Positions 24,960 through 39,885 of a stretch of DNA of 64,000 nucleotides are shown piece after piece. The position numbers and the translations under genes are program-made. This stretch comes from Octopus vulgaris (lineage: Eukaryota). Each line of letters starts with the position of its first letter. Position 1 is the first letter of the stretch. The DNA lies in the NCBI GenBank assembly GCA_951406725.2, contig OX597827.1:51460001-51524000 (forward strand), written 5' to 3'. The notes under the pieces were generated by a model, which saw only the letters and a program-made list of their open reading frames with translations, searched no databases and had not been told where the DNA came from.

Positions 24960-25383
24960 GTAAAGGACATTAACTTAATTCATGGAGATAGCTGATATCT
25001 ATGACAAGATGAACTGCTTGAATTTGCAAATGAAATGAAACCATTTCAATTCAATTGCAGTCAACAGATTTATAAGTAAAATCATGGTAGACAGGAGTTC
25101 TGTCCGGTTCCATTAAAGAAAAGTCTTTCAATTAGTTAGATGATAATCTGAGGATCTGGTGTGCACATTAAAAACAACTGAAGATTTGGATACAAGATTT
25201 AATGATTTGATTAAACTGGGGATGTCCGACCATTGACTGGGTAACAAAATTAAATTTTGACCAACAATTAGAAAATGAATTGAAGTAGCACAATGTGGGG
25301 ATTTACGACTTCATTTATTAAATTTAGAACCAAATATTGCAAAACTTGCGGCTAGTCATCATCAGTTGCAGGAATCATATTAA
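24960..25383 (+). pseudogene. hAT (Buster/Charlie-like) transposase C-terminal relic
   Basis: Fragments translate ADIYDKMNCLNLQM, DLDTRFNDLIKL and GDLRLHLLNLEPNIAKLAASHHQ. Confidence 0.6.
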
Positions 25384-28300
25384 TAAATAGATTGTGCTAC
25401 TTCAGTTATCCTTATTTTAATTATAAAAAATAAATGTGTGCTATCATAATTATTACTTTCATTTACAATAATAAAGTGTATCCTCATAAGTGAAAAAATA
25501 AAAAGTTTACATTCATTTAAATTCAATTACGGCTACTACCCTTATTGAACAAGCAGAATCTAGGGTAGGATGGGACAGTAATAAGCATCCAAGTATTTTA
25601 AGACAGCAGTTGTGAAAAACAACGATGGCAAACTGATCAGATGCATTGATATATTCACAAGAAAAGAATTCAAAATTATTGAAATTTTAAAAAATTGTTT
25701 TGCTAATGAGAGGGGTTGAATGTAGAGTATGAATGAGTAAGTGAGAATCTACTTTAAGCAAATCTAGCATTCATACAAAATGTCATTTGTTTACAATTCT
25801 CTACGCAAAGCATGTCCGGATCGCTCATTGTTTGATAAATCCAGGGAATTATAACCTTGCCAGGAAACAGGTGGGGGTTGGTGACAAAAGCCCATCCGAT
25901 TGTAGGAAAAATTTCACTCAACATTGTTTTGTCTGGCTCTTATAAACATGGAAAAGTGGACGTTAAAACAATGATACATGTTCAACTCGGTTAAATAATC
26001 CGTCAGGATAAATTTAAAGTCCCTGTCAAAAACAAATTTTTTAATATTTGACTCCCCAGCAGTAAATATTCTGTTGTTATTCTTTAACTTAGCTTTGAAA
26101 TAACTATGTGAGTGTAGGACCTATGTTGTAAAAAAAACAAAAACAAAAACAATTAGCTTTCATCTAACTCGAAATATTTTCACCAATCTATCACGAAGAC
26201 AATCAATTATCACAGATCAATGTAATACAATCAATTTGTCCCACTTTATGCAATTAGTTTTACTAGTATTATAAAGAATTATACACAAATTTTATAAGAA
26301 AACCACCCTTCTTTACTGATGAAGCTAGGGGCTTGCTGTATTAAATTTTCCTTCTCAGTTTAAGGTGAGAATCAACAGATCATATAATTCTCCTGCTTTC
26401 TATCCGATGCCCGTTCAATATGAATGAAATTAATGCAAAGAGGGGAGGATAGAGAGAAGAAAAAAGATAATATTGTTGGCTATAATAATAGAAGAAACAC
26501 AACTGTAAGTATGCCAATAAAAAGCGAGAGCCTGCAAGCTTGAAGTGACGTGCTCTAACAAAAACTGATGGAGTTAAACATTTGAAATACGGTTACAAAC
26601 TTTATATAAAACACACCAGCGATTATGATTATTTACAGCAGCAAAAGCATAACAGAAAATAATAAAATTTAATGAATACAAAAATATCAGCAGAAAGTAG
26701 CTTCTGGGCTATTTAAATACAAGGGAAAGACTATTAGAAGTGTCCAGCGAAAGGGACATATGGCGATAGAAGTTGAGAAGTTAAAACATCTTGAATGACA
26801 TTTTGTCAGGGTTAAGAGTTTTGTGAGATTCCGCAATAAATAAATAAATAAATACGAAAAACATCGATAAAATAGAAGAGTTCACTGATACACAGCAGTT
26901 TAGATTTAGAGAACTGTCCCTTGTTCTCTATACGGCTATATTTTTTAGGTATTCTTAAATCATCTAGAAAAAACGAGAGGCTGTTTTAATAAAATAACAT
27001 TGAAAGATATGGTAGAATCAGACACGAAGCAAGTTATTTAAAAGCAAGCTCTTTTTTCAGTCATTTCGAACATCTGTGACACTGAAGTCTAGTTGCTGTC
27101 ATGTCAGCAGCTAAACTTCAGCCTACACTAAATCAAAAACTATAGCAATAGGAGGTATCGAAAGTGTTTCTGGTTTTGCAACTGATACATCTATTCTTTC
27201 ATATATCCTTTAAGTCTACCTAACCAAGTTACACACTTACCTTTTCTGATTTAACCTGGGGGAAATAAATAACAGTAGCAGCAGCAGGGGGGAAACTACT
27301 TGCCGACATGAATAGTCAAGGGGAGACAACATTATAATTATTGTAATTATCCTTCTATTTTTTTTAGTTACAATTTACTAATATTGTCCACAATTTAAAT
27401 TTACAATTATTTTCAAGTAAATTTCCCGATATTTCAATAACATATTTCCAAAACTAGCAATAAATTTAATCCGGATATTTTTTCATAACAAATTTTACCC
27501 GGATGTTTTTTCATTGTGAACACCGACATTGTTGTCTCCCACATTTCATCAATTAGACGTTCAGACAAAGAAACTTCGACCAGAAACCTTTATTAATGGC
27601 TTGATATCTTTAAGGTATTGTCACTTGTTGGAGTCTTTTTCCTCAATGACCTTCCTCTTTTCACTAATTACAGGAATTTATTATATCTGTTACTTATTTC
27701 TTTGCTGTTGTATCTAATTCTCATGAGGATGGGTGGTTGATCATCTTTTTTCCCCTCTTCAACAAAGTTTGATTCTTTTTTTAAATAACTCTAAAAAAGT
27801 TTTTACACTTGAGCTCTTAGATTTCGTTTTCATAATTCACTTTCTCTTACGTAATATCGTTCACAAACATGAGTTTTCTCGACTCTATTTTGTGTTTCCA
27901 TCATCTTATAGCCTAGAAATAATTTCTAACATAACACAAGGCCATACGCTTTGAAGAAAGCTGTCTATTAAAACAGTCACATTTGGCTGGTACTTTATTT
28001 TATCGACCTCAGAAGAATAAAAGAGAAAGTCGACTTCGACAGGATTAAACTAAGAACGTAAATAGATTTAATTAAATACCAATTCTGCCGCTCTATTCCC
28101 CTTTCTGTGTCTTATAAAAGTAATTAATCTCATAATCAATTGTTCTGTTAATTTACTTTTTGTAGAAGTTAATGAATCATCAGTTGATTATAGAACTTTA
28201 TTTGAGATTGAAACACAACAAATGTTTTTGATGATCTCATTTTTAGACTTGTAATATCAATTAATTATGAATATCTCTGCATTAAAACGTGAAAATGTTT

Positions 28301-29254
28301 CTCAAATGAAGTTTAAATTTTTTTCTATATCTTACTTTTTTAAAATTATATTCAAAAGAATAGGTGACACGTGAAAATAAATCCACTAAATTATACCATC
28401 GAAACCCATCCTTTATTTTGATTTCCTGTAACAACTTGAAACTTTCTCATTGTTGTTCTCATATTTGTAGATATATATCCTCACAATTTAGCGTGAAGTT
28501 GTTATAGCTCAGATCAAATGCGGTCCTCACTATCCAGTTTATTTTTCCGCACAGTATATCTAGAACTATAACCAGTTTTCTTTCAGAAACGTAAAGTGGT
28601 AAATCTTTGAGGTAAATCTTTTTAGTACGAGAGGTAATCGAGGAAGACAAGGAACCATTAATTTTACAACATCATATGTATGCAGCTGGTATTGATTTTC
28701 TGATTTTGGTCCTAAGAAAGTTTTTCCTTCTCCATCCGTTTGCGCTTCCTCGTTCCAGAGTACTGGTTTGTCATCATCTCTTCACTAGTAAAAATCCCTT
28801 GTTAATGTGCAGTTTCAACTAGTAGAACAACTCTGTCTCATTCGCGCCATCATATTAATCGGTTTTTAAACTTGTATTTCCACTATTATAAAGTTGTATA
28901 ACTTAATTTTAGTAGTGAAGATGCTTATTTTTTTATTTCTTGAATTAATTAAAAGTTGCATTTCATTTGTTATTAGCTATCAGCTGGTTTCTAACATCAG
29001 TCAAGAGAAAAAATATATTTCCTGTTTCCTTGTTATTCTGAGTGTGTGTATATATATATATATACACGACACGAAATAATTTTTGTCTCTTTTTATGGAA
29101 ACAAAAGGGTTTATAGGACTGCAGGAAAGAAATACTCAAGTGTAATTGAGACAAAGGTAACACTGATCATAGAACAAACATCAAATTCGAGTCAACGAAT
29201 TTATATATAACACCATACCTCAAACATTATATATAAATGTTACATAATAATGAT

Positions 29255-29456
29255 AATAATAATGAAATTATTGTATACAGTGCTCAGATGCACTACAACT
29301 TGTCAAAAGTGTGTATAAAGCATATGCAGTAATGTGGAAATGCCTGGAAAGTGAACAGTGTATGAGTCAGATACATGCTTGTGTGTGTATGGAGGGGAGA
29401 AAATCAGGTGTAGTGTAGGCGAATCTCAGGAAGCATGGAAATTTTGAAGGATGCAG
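29255..29456 (-). mobile_element. Probable LINE 3'-end fragment, clade uncertain
   Basis: GC-richer block ending in an (ATT)n-type tail on the - strand. Confidence 0.35.
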
Positions 29457-30879
29457 GATATCTTTACATCTGAAGTGTTTTTATAATCAAGGAAACTATG
29501 TAACGTGTACCAAATATTTTATTTAAATTGTTCTCTTAAGTGTTTGAAAAATTTATGCCATCTTATCTCGAGGAAGCAAAGACAAATTTCATGGACTTTG
29601 AGTAAACAACTCTGAAAGTGATTGAAGATTATATATTGTGTAATCTTTATGTCAAAGATTTTGTTAATATTTCTAGGAAAGAGAGTACTCTAAGCAGAAC
29701 AAACAGAAGTTGGTTGTAGTGATCAGAAAGAATATGAGCCACTAATTAAGTATATGTGTAACAAGAAAATCTGCTGCAGGATCTTCAAGAATCATAGATG
29801 TTGAGGTAAAACCATCAAGCTTGGTTGATGTTTGACTAATCATTTTCTAAGAGGTGTTGTTCTTCATATCAAGTCTAGCACTACTGTTATCAACTACTTC
29901 AAATGAAAAAGTTGCAGTAGAAAAAAAGAATAATGTACATATCAAGCTTTGAAGGTTACAGAGTCGTAGTGAATTCTTCGTATCATAATTAACTCTATAC
30001 TTGAATTCTTAGGTAACTCTGCTCCCATCCTGTGAAATATCCTAGGGGAGAAAAGGGACTGAAAGTGGATTTTGATAGGGATCCTCTTGTAATTTAATTT
30101 TTCAGAAAGCTGATTCTTTAATATAATTCATCTAAACATACAGAAATATGTTCACTGTGCTATATCTTATATTATTCCAATAGCTATGTTATTTTTCTTT
30201 CAATCGCTAACATTTTAGACTTAACTTCATTCTAAAGTGCATGTAACACATGTCACCCAAGTGTTCCCATCCCACACCTACTATTAGAGAATTTGTATAG
30301 CTGAAGCTTTTTCTGTTATATCAAGAAAACCAGGAGAAATTACCAAAGTTGAATTTTTTTTTATATATATTATTATATAAATTTCATATATTTATATTGT
30401 CAACTAACTTTTCATATACAGGATGTTTGAATACTACTTCAGGTTGACAGTTGCCTGTAATTCTTTTTTAATGTATCTAAGCATAGAAACTGATATAAAA
30501 TAGATAGAATGCTAAAGGGTTAAGTTGGGAAAATTAAAGGAAAACAACAGGATGGGTTGCCAAACACTTGTTGATATTAATAAAATATGCACAATGCATG
30601 ATATATGTGCACAAAACAAAATTAATGATAACTAGAGCCAGTAAGAGTAATCGGTAAATTCTTATGCAATATAGTCAGCTTGAGACAACAGTAATGGTAA
30701 TCAGAACACGACAGTTGTAGTAATTCTAAAGTTGTACCTTTTTTAAACTGAGAATTTATCATCTCTCATAACATAATTTTGCATGTTAGAAACAGTAAAG
30801 GATTTGCTGACTAGAACGAGAAAGAGGAGGTTGAAGAGAAAGTTCTTGTAATGTTCTCGAAAAAGCTGCTCGGTGTTTT

Positions 30880-32590
30880 TCAATCCTCTCCTTTTTGACA
30901 TGTATATCTTGATAATAATGTATTGCTTATATTGCTACTTTAGCATATCCTTTGGTTTGAAAACTCTTGATGTTCTGGTTTATTATTTCCAGTTGGGCAA
31001 GACCTTTATGAAAATGAGAAAGCTCAACTGCCAACCCCTTGGCAGTGAACAAATTCTGTGGCTTGTCTTCTTAATGTCCTTGCTGGACAGCACTTCGGAT
31101 TTGTTGTTCAGTACCTCTGTTCTGCATCATCCTGTTCAAGTGATTGAATAATTTTGGCCAGTTCCACAATGTTACCTTTGATTCCATCTAACTTTTCTAC
31201 TTCACCAAAGTCAACAAATGCACTAATGCAGCATTTGAGACATTGTTTCCATACTCTTTTCACACATTTAAAACTTACATTCTCCCATGCTGCTGCAATG
31301 TTTTTGATGCACCAATGAATGTTGTGACTTTCCGGAGCTCTCGAGTGTCTGTGCTTGTCATATCTTGATGCTATAGTTTTGGCAACTGTTGATAGAAGAT
31401 AGGTTTAAATGCTGCTTTAGTTCCTAGGCTAAAGGAAAGAATGGGCATGTAGATTACTTTTACGTCTGGTTGGATGTTCTCTAGGTGGGTGAGTTACCGA
31501 GGTGCATTATTTAGTGTTAATAAAACCTTGAACAGGACTTTTCCAATAGAATATTTTTGTATATTTCAAATAAAACAGGTTGAAAATCAGCCTTCAAACA
31601 ATGTTTGAGTCATCTCTACTTTATTTTGTTGCCAGTGAACAGCAGTTTGTTATTGATATTTGTAAATATGCATGGGTTTTCAGAATAGTAGATTAGAAAA
31701 GGTTCAAGTTTGTAACAAGCTACATTCTCTCCTAGCAGGAGAGTTATCTGATCCTTAAATGCCTTAGACCCAGGCATGGTTTTTGTCTTTCTGTGTATCT
31801 CTGTTTATTCAAAACATCCTTTTCCAATATAAGCCATTCTCATCGATACTGAAAATCTGTTCCTTTAAAACAGTGGTTCTCAACCATTTTTTATCTGAAG
31901 ACCTCTTTGGTTACTGTTTTACTCTGGTGGATCCCCATAGTCATTTGATGTTTAAAAACTAGTTTTATAGATACTTCTCTCAAAATTCCCATTCTCTTGT
32001 CCACCCATTCATTTGTGTAGGTTTGCAGTAGCACTCTCTGAGAGAACATGTTGAACTAAGTGTTAAAAACAGAAACCTAGTTGTAATAAATATATCTAAA
32101 GCACAATTTTTTCATGGACCTCCAATTTACTATTTTGCTTACATGAACTCCCAGAAGTCATATGGCCCTTGGTGGAACCACTGCTCTAGAACTCTTCTCC
32201 TCAGATTATTTCATCCAAAGATTTATTAAACTTCAGTATATATTACTTGGACATTTTTGTTTTTTGACATCATTAAATTGTCTATTGCTAACTTTATAGT
32301 TTTCTTTATATTCCTCTCCTATTCATTCCTTTAGACTGTCAAAAAGGCTTAAAGCATTGTGTTGAATTGTTAGTAGGCGTTTGGTTATTTGTTTTTATAT
32401 CCAGATCTTCAACATTTTCTCTATTTCATTGATAGATCCTTGTCAGTTGCTTGGTTTCCTTTTACTGCTTTAAAACTCCTTTCTTGATCTTAATAATAGT
32501 GGAGGTTACTGAATAAGACAACTATAAATAACTTTCATTCCCCCAATTCTTTATGCTGGTTAATTATATTATTTTAATCTTCAAAGTCAA
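30880..32590 (-). pseudogene. Tigger/pogo transposase relic, interrupted by a hAT MITE
   Basis: - strand fragments EQIFSIDENGLYW, MPGSKAFKDQITLLLG, KLEPFLIYYSENP, KVLLTLNNAP, CIKNIAAAWE; boundaries approximate. Confidence 0.8.
31871..32183. mobile_element. Charlie/MER5-like hAT MITE
   Basis: TIRs cagtggttct / ggaaccactg; 8-bp TSD ctttaaaa / ctctagaa (6/8 match; fits the NTCTAGAN Charlie target). Confidence 0.8.
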
Positions 32591-32809
32591 TGATTTTCCT
32601 ACCTGAGGTATGTGTATTTGTAGTATGTCTTTGGTTTGGGAGCTTTGGATGGTAGTGATGATATGACTGTTGAAATACAAATTATCTGGGAAGAAAATGC
32701 AACAATGATGGTGATGATGATGCTAATCTGAAATATGTGTAACCATGGAATAAAAAATTTTGAATTTGAATGTTGAACCTTAGTAAATGCCAAGAAAAAT
32801 TGCATGTGC

Positions 32810-33416
32810 ATGTATGGAGGCCTCACAGAGGCAATGATGAAGGACCAAGATCTCTGGAGATATGCTGTGACTGCAAAGACCCAGGCTGCTTCCTGCACCA
32901 GTTCTGCATAGCCCCAGCCCATTCGAAGTACCTTGGATTTCAGAACAACCTGCTGTGCTGGAGGAGACCTATTGAGTTAAGTACATGAACATCGAAGTAA
33001 ATATCAAATGGAAATAGTAGTTGTGATACCTGTGCCGGTGGCATGTAAAAATCACCATCCGAACGTGGCCGATGCCAACGCTGCCATGACTGGCTTCTGT
33101 GCCGGTGGCATGTAAAAAGCACCATCCAAATGTGACCGATGCCAGCGCCGCCTTGACTGGCTTCTGTGCCAGTAGCACATAAAAAGCACCAACCGATCAT
33201 GGCCGCTGCCAGACTCCCCTGGCACCTGTGCTGGTGGCATGTAAAAAGCACCCACTACACTCACAGAGTGGTTGGCATTAGGAAGGGCATCCAGCTGTAG
33301 AAACACTGCCAGATCAGACTGGAGCCTGGTGCAGCCTCCTGGCTTCCCAGACCCCAGTCGAACCGTCCAACCCGTGCTAGCACGGAAAACGGACGTTAAA
33401 CAATGATGATGATGAT
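32810..33416 (+). mobile_element. 5'-truncated RTE LINE with 3'-UTR subunit array and (TGA)n tail
   Basis: Homologous to 21910-22477. Confidence 0.88.
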
Positions 33417-36085
33417 ATGTATATTGTTTATATGATTTGAATTCCAAGTGAAATTGTGCTTGTGCATATAAATGGTATTTATAGCAGGTTGTCGTTAGGA
33501 GAAATTGCATGTGCTCTCATTAAGACATACATGATTATAATAGTTACTAATCATCATAAGGGGTTCATATGTCAGGAAGTGTCTAAAGGTACTTAGGATG
33601 TGACAAATGTCTAAAGTGATCAGATATATTCACAGCTTTTGCTCACCATGATAGCTAAAAATTTCATTTTAGTGCATGCTGTGTTAGAAGTGCCTATCTT
33701 ACATAGTAAATTAAGGTAATAAAAGCTTAATATTTTAAAATCTAGAATGGAAAGAATGATAACAAAAATAAAAAAGTTGTTTACTTAAGTGATGAACTAT
33801 GCCAGATTCCGCTTAACAAAATTTCTGAAAGTAATTTAAGCATAGAGAACCATCTGAAAGAGTTTTGAAACTCAATTACAAATGTGTTTATTTCTTAAAT
33901 TATTGTTCTGCTAAGGTCATCTTTGCCTTTCATCATTTTAGGATTGATAAAATAAGTAACAGTTGAACACTGCTGTCAATGTATTCAACTTATCTTCTTC
34001 CTCAAAATTTCCGGCCTTATGCCAAAATTTAAAACCAATATTAAATTATTGAAAAATGTTGGATGCACTTAATATCAAATGACATTTGCAATAATAAGCA
34101 GGTAATCTACATTGATACAGATTTTCAATATGAATAGATGGGTTATGTGGCTTGAAAAAACGTTTTGAATTAATAATAATAGGTTGAGTTGTCAGGATAA
34201 TTTTGAGAATATTGAGACTCAAAGTATGGGAATGTAGGATAATAGCCTGTTTAACTTCAACATTAAAAAGAAAAGAATTATGGTTGTGATGATAGTGATG
34301 AATGTGTACAGTTGTTTTCCATAAATTATTTTTGGTTTGTTAACTTCTGCTATAACTCTAGAATTTAATATTCTTTCTCTAAAATGTATGAATTTAAGAA
34401 CTAAATATTTAGTCTCCTTTTAGAATATTTTTATTCTTGATAGAATTTGTTTTAGTAATAACAGGAATAGCAGATCAAATTCAATGCAGAGGCATTATCT
34501 TCACTATCCTTTTGATGTAAAATTTGTAATAGTCATTTAACTTAGAATATATTTCTCGTTTCATTTTATAAGTTCTCGTAGCAAGATATACAATGAAAAT
34601 CATCTCCCTTTACAATCTGAATCAATTTGATGCTGTCCTAAAAAGTATTCCACTGTCAAGAAAGGGAGATTATCATCAATTTAGTTAACTACACGTCATT
34701 TTTGTTTTTTACTTTTTTAAATGATTGATGGAGACAAAGAAGACGGTGTTAATACTAATGATGACTCTTTTTAAGAAGTTCCCAATCAGTATTTTCCGAC
34801 AGCTGTTGATACGTTTATCGAATTTAAATACACATATCAATATTTCATTTAAAGATTTCTTTCTCTTTTTATTTTTGTTTCATTGCTGTAATATTTATTT
34901 AGAAATTAAAAAATTATCGCAATTATATATTATCTCCCTTTAGCAATGTTTCTTATTTTTTATATATATTTTTATTTAATTTAACTTTTATTTTATCCTA
35001 ACCTTCGTTAACGAATATACATATATACATGTGTGTATTTAGCATGGCAAAGTAACTTAGATTCTGGTGGGAATTCTGTTGGCTTTCGTTCTACCAGCAA
35101 GATGCCAAAGAAATTAACAAAACATTTCACAATGGGATCGGAAACATAATACGGCTTTGCTTTGTTTTCCATTATTTTAATATATTAACCGTCTTTTTAA
35201 AGTGGGTAGCTTCTTTTTTTAAATCAATTATGCTCTTACCAGCTCTTTTTTTTGTTCGCTCCTCAAGTCTAGTGTTTAAAATCTTTTCTTTCAAAATGTA
35301 GCTTTTAACAATTTGATTTCCTTTCAAAGTAAGAGAAAAACTTAAGAAATTACGCAACGTTTTTACATTAAAAAGTAATAATTTGAATATATTCAAAAAA
35401 AAATTCCTGCTAACCCTCGGTGAATCTCATATTGAAATGCCTATGCAAACTGTTATGATAGATTTATTTATTTAGTAACTTAATATCTCATGCAATAATT
35501 TTTGCATTAAAAAAATATATGCATCTGTAATTGAATGTGTTCAAAGTTATTTCTGGAACTTGTCTGAATTAACAGTAGTTCCTGACAATCTGTAGAAAAG
35601 GGTTAAACCGCTTTGTCATGATCAAATTCTTACTTCGGTTAAGAACCGCCGTAACTATTGTCAACTTAGATTTAAAGATAGCATCAGATGGTTAAATATA
35701 GAATCTATCGACTTTTTTTTTAATGTTTTCGTTCATTAATTAATGTTTTATTCTTTGGTTTCATCATTCTCTATCCAAACGATTTGATAAATTTTCTTAT
35801 TTTAAAGTAGTTTAACGTTAGATATTAATGTGCTTACAAAGTCTGTGAGAGCATTTAAAAATATTTAGCAGTCTGTTGTTCCTTCGCTTAGAATCGAAAT
35901 ATCTATGAGTAATTCCGGGAACATTTGATGTTATAAGTTCATGTCCTTTAGAACTTTATTTTTTTAATCTAAATTTTTACTAATTGTAAAGAAGAAAAAG
36001 TTGCAATGCAAATTGTTTAAATAATTTTGTTTGCATTTATGTTAAATTCAGTAAGTCCGAGTAGCAAATTTTTCAGAAACTTAAA

Positions 36086-37333
36086 ATGATGAATTATAAA
36101 CTTGATCAAAATTCTGTTAATTTGCCAGATTTTATGAAATCAAAGGCTATGCATACAGTTCCAGCCATCAGTTCGATTGATAACACTCAGACTGTGTGTA
36201 CCGATTTTGTTAGTAAGCCAGACAGTGTTTACCAAAGTAACGAAATTCTTAAGTGTCCAATCAGACGAACTTTAGCTCTTGCAAAACCTTTTAAATGTGG
36301 TGTTTGCCGTAAAGGATTTTCTCGTAAAATCAACCTTAATAATCATGAACGTACTGGAGCAAAGCACTTCTATTGCTCTTACTGCAAGAAAGCTTTCTCT
36401 CAAGAAATCATTTTGCGAAATCATGAGCGGACACATACTGGTGAAAAGCCGTATAATTGTTCATTTTGTGATCGTGCATTTTCTCAACAGACTGAATGGC
36501 GCAACCACGAACGTGTTCATACTGGAGAAAAACCATATGCCTGTTCTATCTGTAGCAAGACATTTAGCCAACAGGGGAATCTTAAAATACATTTGCGAAC
36601 TCATACAGGAGAGAAGCCTTATACATGTGCCGACTGTGGTAAAGCATTTAGTCAACGTACCAATCTAGACAATCACCGACGTACCCATACTGGAGAACTA
36701 TTTAAATGTGTCTTTTGTCCGAAAGCCTTTTCTCTACTTATTAATCTCAAAAGTCATGAGCGTATTCATACTGGGGAGAAGCCATTCAAATGTTCATTTT
36801 GTACAAAAGTATTCAGTCAGCAATCAAGTTTGCGTAGTCACGAGCGAACTCATACGGGTGTGAAACCATACCAGTGTTCTTTCTGCTCAAAAGCGTTTAC
36901 CCAACAGACTAACCTTCGTAATCATGAACGTATCCATACTGGAGAAAAACCATTTTCTTGTCTTGTTTGTGGAAAAGCATTCTCGCAAGTTACCAATTTA
37001 AAAAATCACGAACGTACCCACACAATTGAAGAACTGCGGAAATTGACTGAATCGAAATCAATATCAGAACCTCTTCCACAGAATTCACAGCATCCCCAAC
37101 TATCAAGTCCTAATCCTCCTTCTATCAGACCCCAACCACTTAATATCCCATCGACTTGGATAGCTTCTGCATATCCCCATCATCAATTAACACCAAACAA
37201 CTGGGACAACAATTTTAATTGGTCCCGAGGGTTCACAATGACAGAAAGATTAAACGCTGGTGGAAATACTACTGCACCCCAGTTTTTGCCACAACCACCA
37301 AATGCACACCATTCATCTTGCAATAAAGTCTAG
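36086..37333 (+). CDS. C2H2 zinc-finger protein ZNF-B: 1 atypical + 8 canonical fingers, P/N/Q-rich tail
   Basis: 415-aa intact ORF with TGEKP linkers; candidate splice acceptors (ttcag) ending at 36051 and 36076. Confidence 0.93.
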   Translation: MMNYKLDQNSVNLPDFMKSKAMHTVPAISSIDNTQTVCTDFVSKPDSVYQSNEILKCPIRRTLALAKPFKCGVCRKGFSRKINLNNHERTGAKHFYCSYCKKAFSQEIILRNHERTHTGEKPYNCSFCDRAFSQQTEWRNHERVHTGEKPYACSICSKTFSQQGNLKIHLRTHTGEKPYTCADCGKAFSQRTNLDNHRRTHTGELFKCVFCPKAFSLLINLKSHERIHTGEKPFKCSFCTKVFSQQSSLRSHERTHTGVKPYQCSFCSKAFTQQTNLRNHERIHTGEKPFSCLVCGKAFSQVTNLKNHERTHTIEELRKLTESKSISEPLPQNSQHPQLSSPNPPSIRPQPLNIPSTWIASAYPHHQLTPNNWDNNFNWSRGFTMTERLNAGGNTTAPQFLPQPPNAHHSSCNKV

Positions 37334-39679
37334 CCTGAACTATATGTATCAAGCAACTAAAACAAAATAATCATAATTCTAAAACAGTAGTTGTAAATTT
37401 AGTTGCTATTCACATACATATATTTCAAACATTTATCTGTTCATCAATAATGTGTAGGATTCATTTCTGAATACTTTCAGTTCAGAAATTTGAAATAACA
37501 TTGTTGTAAGTTCTTTATGCGAGAAGCATAAAATTCATCTTGTTACATGACTTGACTTTTTTTAAGAATGCAAACATTCTGAAAAAAATAGTACAAATTC
37601 ATCAATATATTCTTAATGTCATGTAAAATTATTATTATTATAATGCTGTCAAAATTAATTTTCTGTGTATTTCCTATAGATATTGAGATTTAGGCTTTGT
37701 CTAAGAGATAAACAGAAATAGAAAATGCAGTTAAAAAGGTGGTGCTTAAATAAGCACAACTTGGAAATGCCCAAATTCAGTGCTAATGAGAGCATTAAAT
37801 TAATTTGTGGTACCTAAAGCTTCCATATAAATGACCACTATCTTTTAAATGAAAGTTCCTGTTAGAAAATGCTAGCTTCATTGACTCCCTCCTGTTTAAA
37901 TCTCATTAAATTAACTGCTTTAACATTTTTATAAAACTATTTTGAAAAAGTATTTAATTTTTTATATGCACTGTCATCAGAAAGGGATGGCTTAAGCAAC
38001 TTTCCTTGTATGGTCAATTTGATCATAAAGCTAGCTGTGAATCATTTAACAGAAAAGGTGTTTAAACAAATTTATCGACACTGCTTTGATAAATGATTTA
38101 ACTGGATCTTTCAATGCCTAATGAAAATTGAGTTAATTCACAAACTTCTTTTGTTTTATGACTAGATGTCTATAAATGTATTATATCCAGAACTGTTTAT
38201 TTTTTTCCACACAATATCACTGAGACAACTCATTTTTTTTCCAGCCTTTGTGTTAATGTAAAAAAATGTAGCTGTTCAAATAATTAGACTTACATAGTAG
38301 TTGTAAATAAAAACTGCATTAGCTATTGTGCAGCAGCTAAAAATGGGCTTTTGATCATGTCAAATAGATTGTTTAATATGTGTTCATTCTAATTGGTCAA
38401 ACATGAAATATATTTTATAATAACAATCTGCAAATCATCATTTATCAAGATCTTTCTAATTTGTATAAAAATAAACCATTAAACAAATGATTCTCTTGCT
38501 TATACTTTTAACTTTAATTAAAAGTTAAGTACTTGATTGATAAATGCTCTGCTTTGTTCCTTTAAGAGTCAGTATCTTTCTGCTTTACATAGAAAATTGA
38601 AGTTTGAGTTGCTATATTCTAGTAGTTGTGATGTTATCCTTCATCTCATTGATGAAATATTTAAAAAAGAAATTCATGGAATTTAAGAAAAAAAATCTCT
38701 AGTTTGACTTCAAATATATTATGTCATTAAATCATAGCATATGATTTGCTATGAATCTGTGATATCCCCTCAAAGATTTTATTTCAATGATATAAGAGTA
38801 AGAAATAAAGATTACAATTGTGATGACAAACTTACCTGCATGTACAATTTGGAGAAGTCTTTTTAAAGTGTTGGATATATAACATCTATGAGTAAACTCT
38901 TAATATGTGTCTGATTCACTAACACACTTTGTATTCTGTTGCTATACCTCAGATCAACCCTGATTGAGTTGATCTATGGTCAATGTTGTTGCAATTATGA
39001 CCATCCTACCTTCTTAGTAGTGTCATGGCTACATAATCCAAATGTCTTTTCATTTCTTAAGATGGTAAGATTATAATTTAAAGAATATTTGACTGTTATT
39101 TCTAGCAGGTGAAACTTCCAGGCTGGTTCAGTTTTGTATCTTAATGGTTGTTGCTGAAGTGTATAATATATTATTTCCTGAAGTATATAATATTGAATTT
39201 CACCAGCTGGAACTGTTCACATTCCCTTGTGCTACATTGAGTTTGGACATTCATTTGTGTGATATGTTAAATTATAAAATGCATAATGTCCGTATATAAA
39301 ATACATAAAGTTCATAATGTGGGGAAATATAAGTACAAGCAACATTTTTAATGAGAAACCTTGTTAATTATTCAATAAATATTGGTTAATGTACTTATAG
39401 TAATCAGTGGGTGAAAATGAAGAATCAGCTTGATATTAGGCCAAATTCTAATATTGGTTTGAAACTCCTTTTTTAAAGGTTTACAATCTATATATTACAA
39501 AACTGATGGTTGTTCAAAAGAAAATATACTGAGTTAATGTTGCAGCTACTGAAAGCCAAAGTGTGCTAAAACTGCTGTGCAGTGTCTATGACATGATAAT
39601 TTCAATTAGAAGTCGATGATGGAAGTTTCTACTTGGTCACTTGATCTGCTAGTAATAGTAACCAAATCATCCATTTGCC

Positions 39680-39885
39680 AGCCTCCTCAGGCCCCTGTGC
39701 CGGTGGCACTTAAAAAGCACCCACTACACTTACGGAGTGGTTGGCGTTAGGAAGGGCATCTAGCTGTAGAAATACTGCCAGATCAGACTGGAGCCATGTG
39801 CAGCCTCCTGGCTTCCCAAACCCCGATCGAACCGTCCAACCCATGCTAGCATGGAAAGCAGACGTTAAACGCTGATGATGATGAT
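39680..39885 (+). mobile_element. RTE tail fragment
   Basis: aaaagcacccactacac...gttaaacgctgatgatgatgat. Confidence 0.85.

Noticed and set aside
26326-26350. CTGATGA followed by a small hairpin
   Set aside because: No GAAA and no stems I/III, so not a hammerhead
33030-33260. Regularly spaced repeats resembling a CRISPR array
   Set aside because: Eukaryotic LINE 3'-UTR subunits; spacers are related to each other and there are no cas genes
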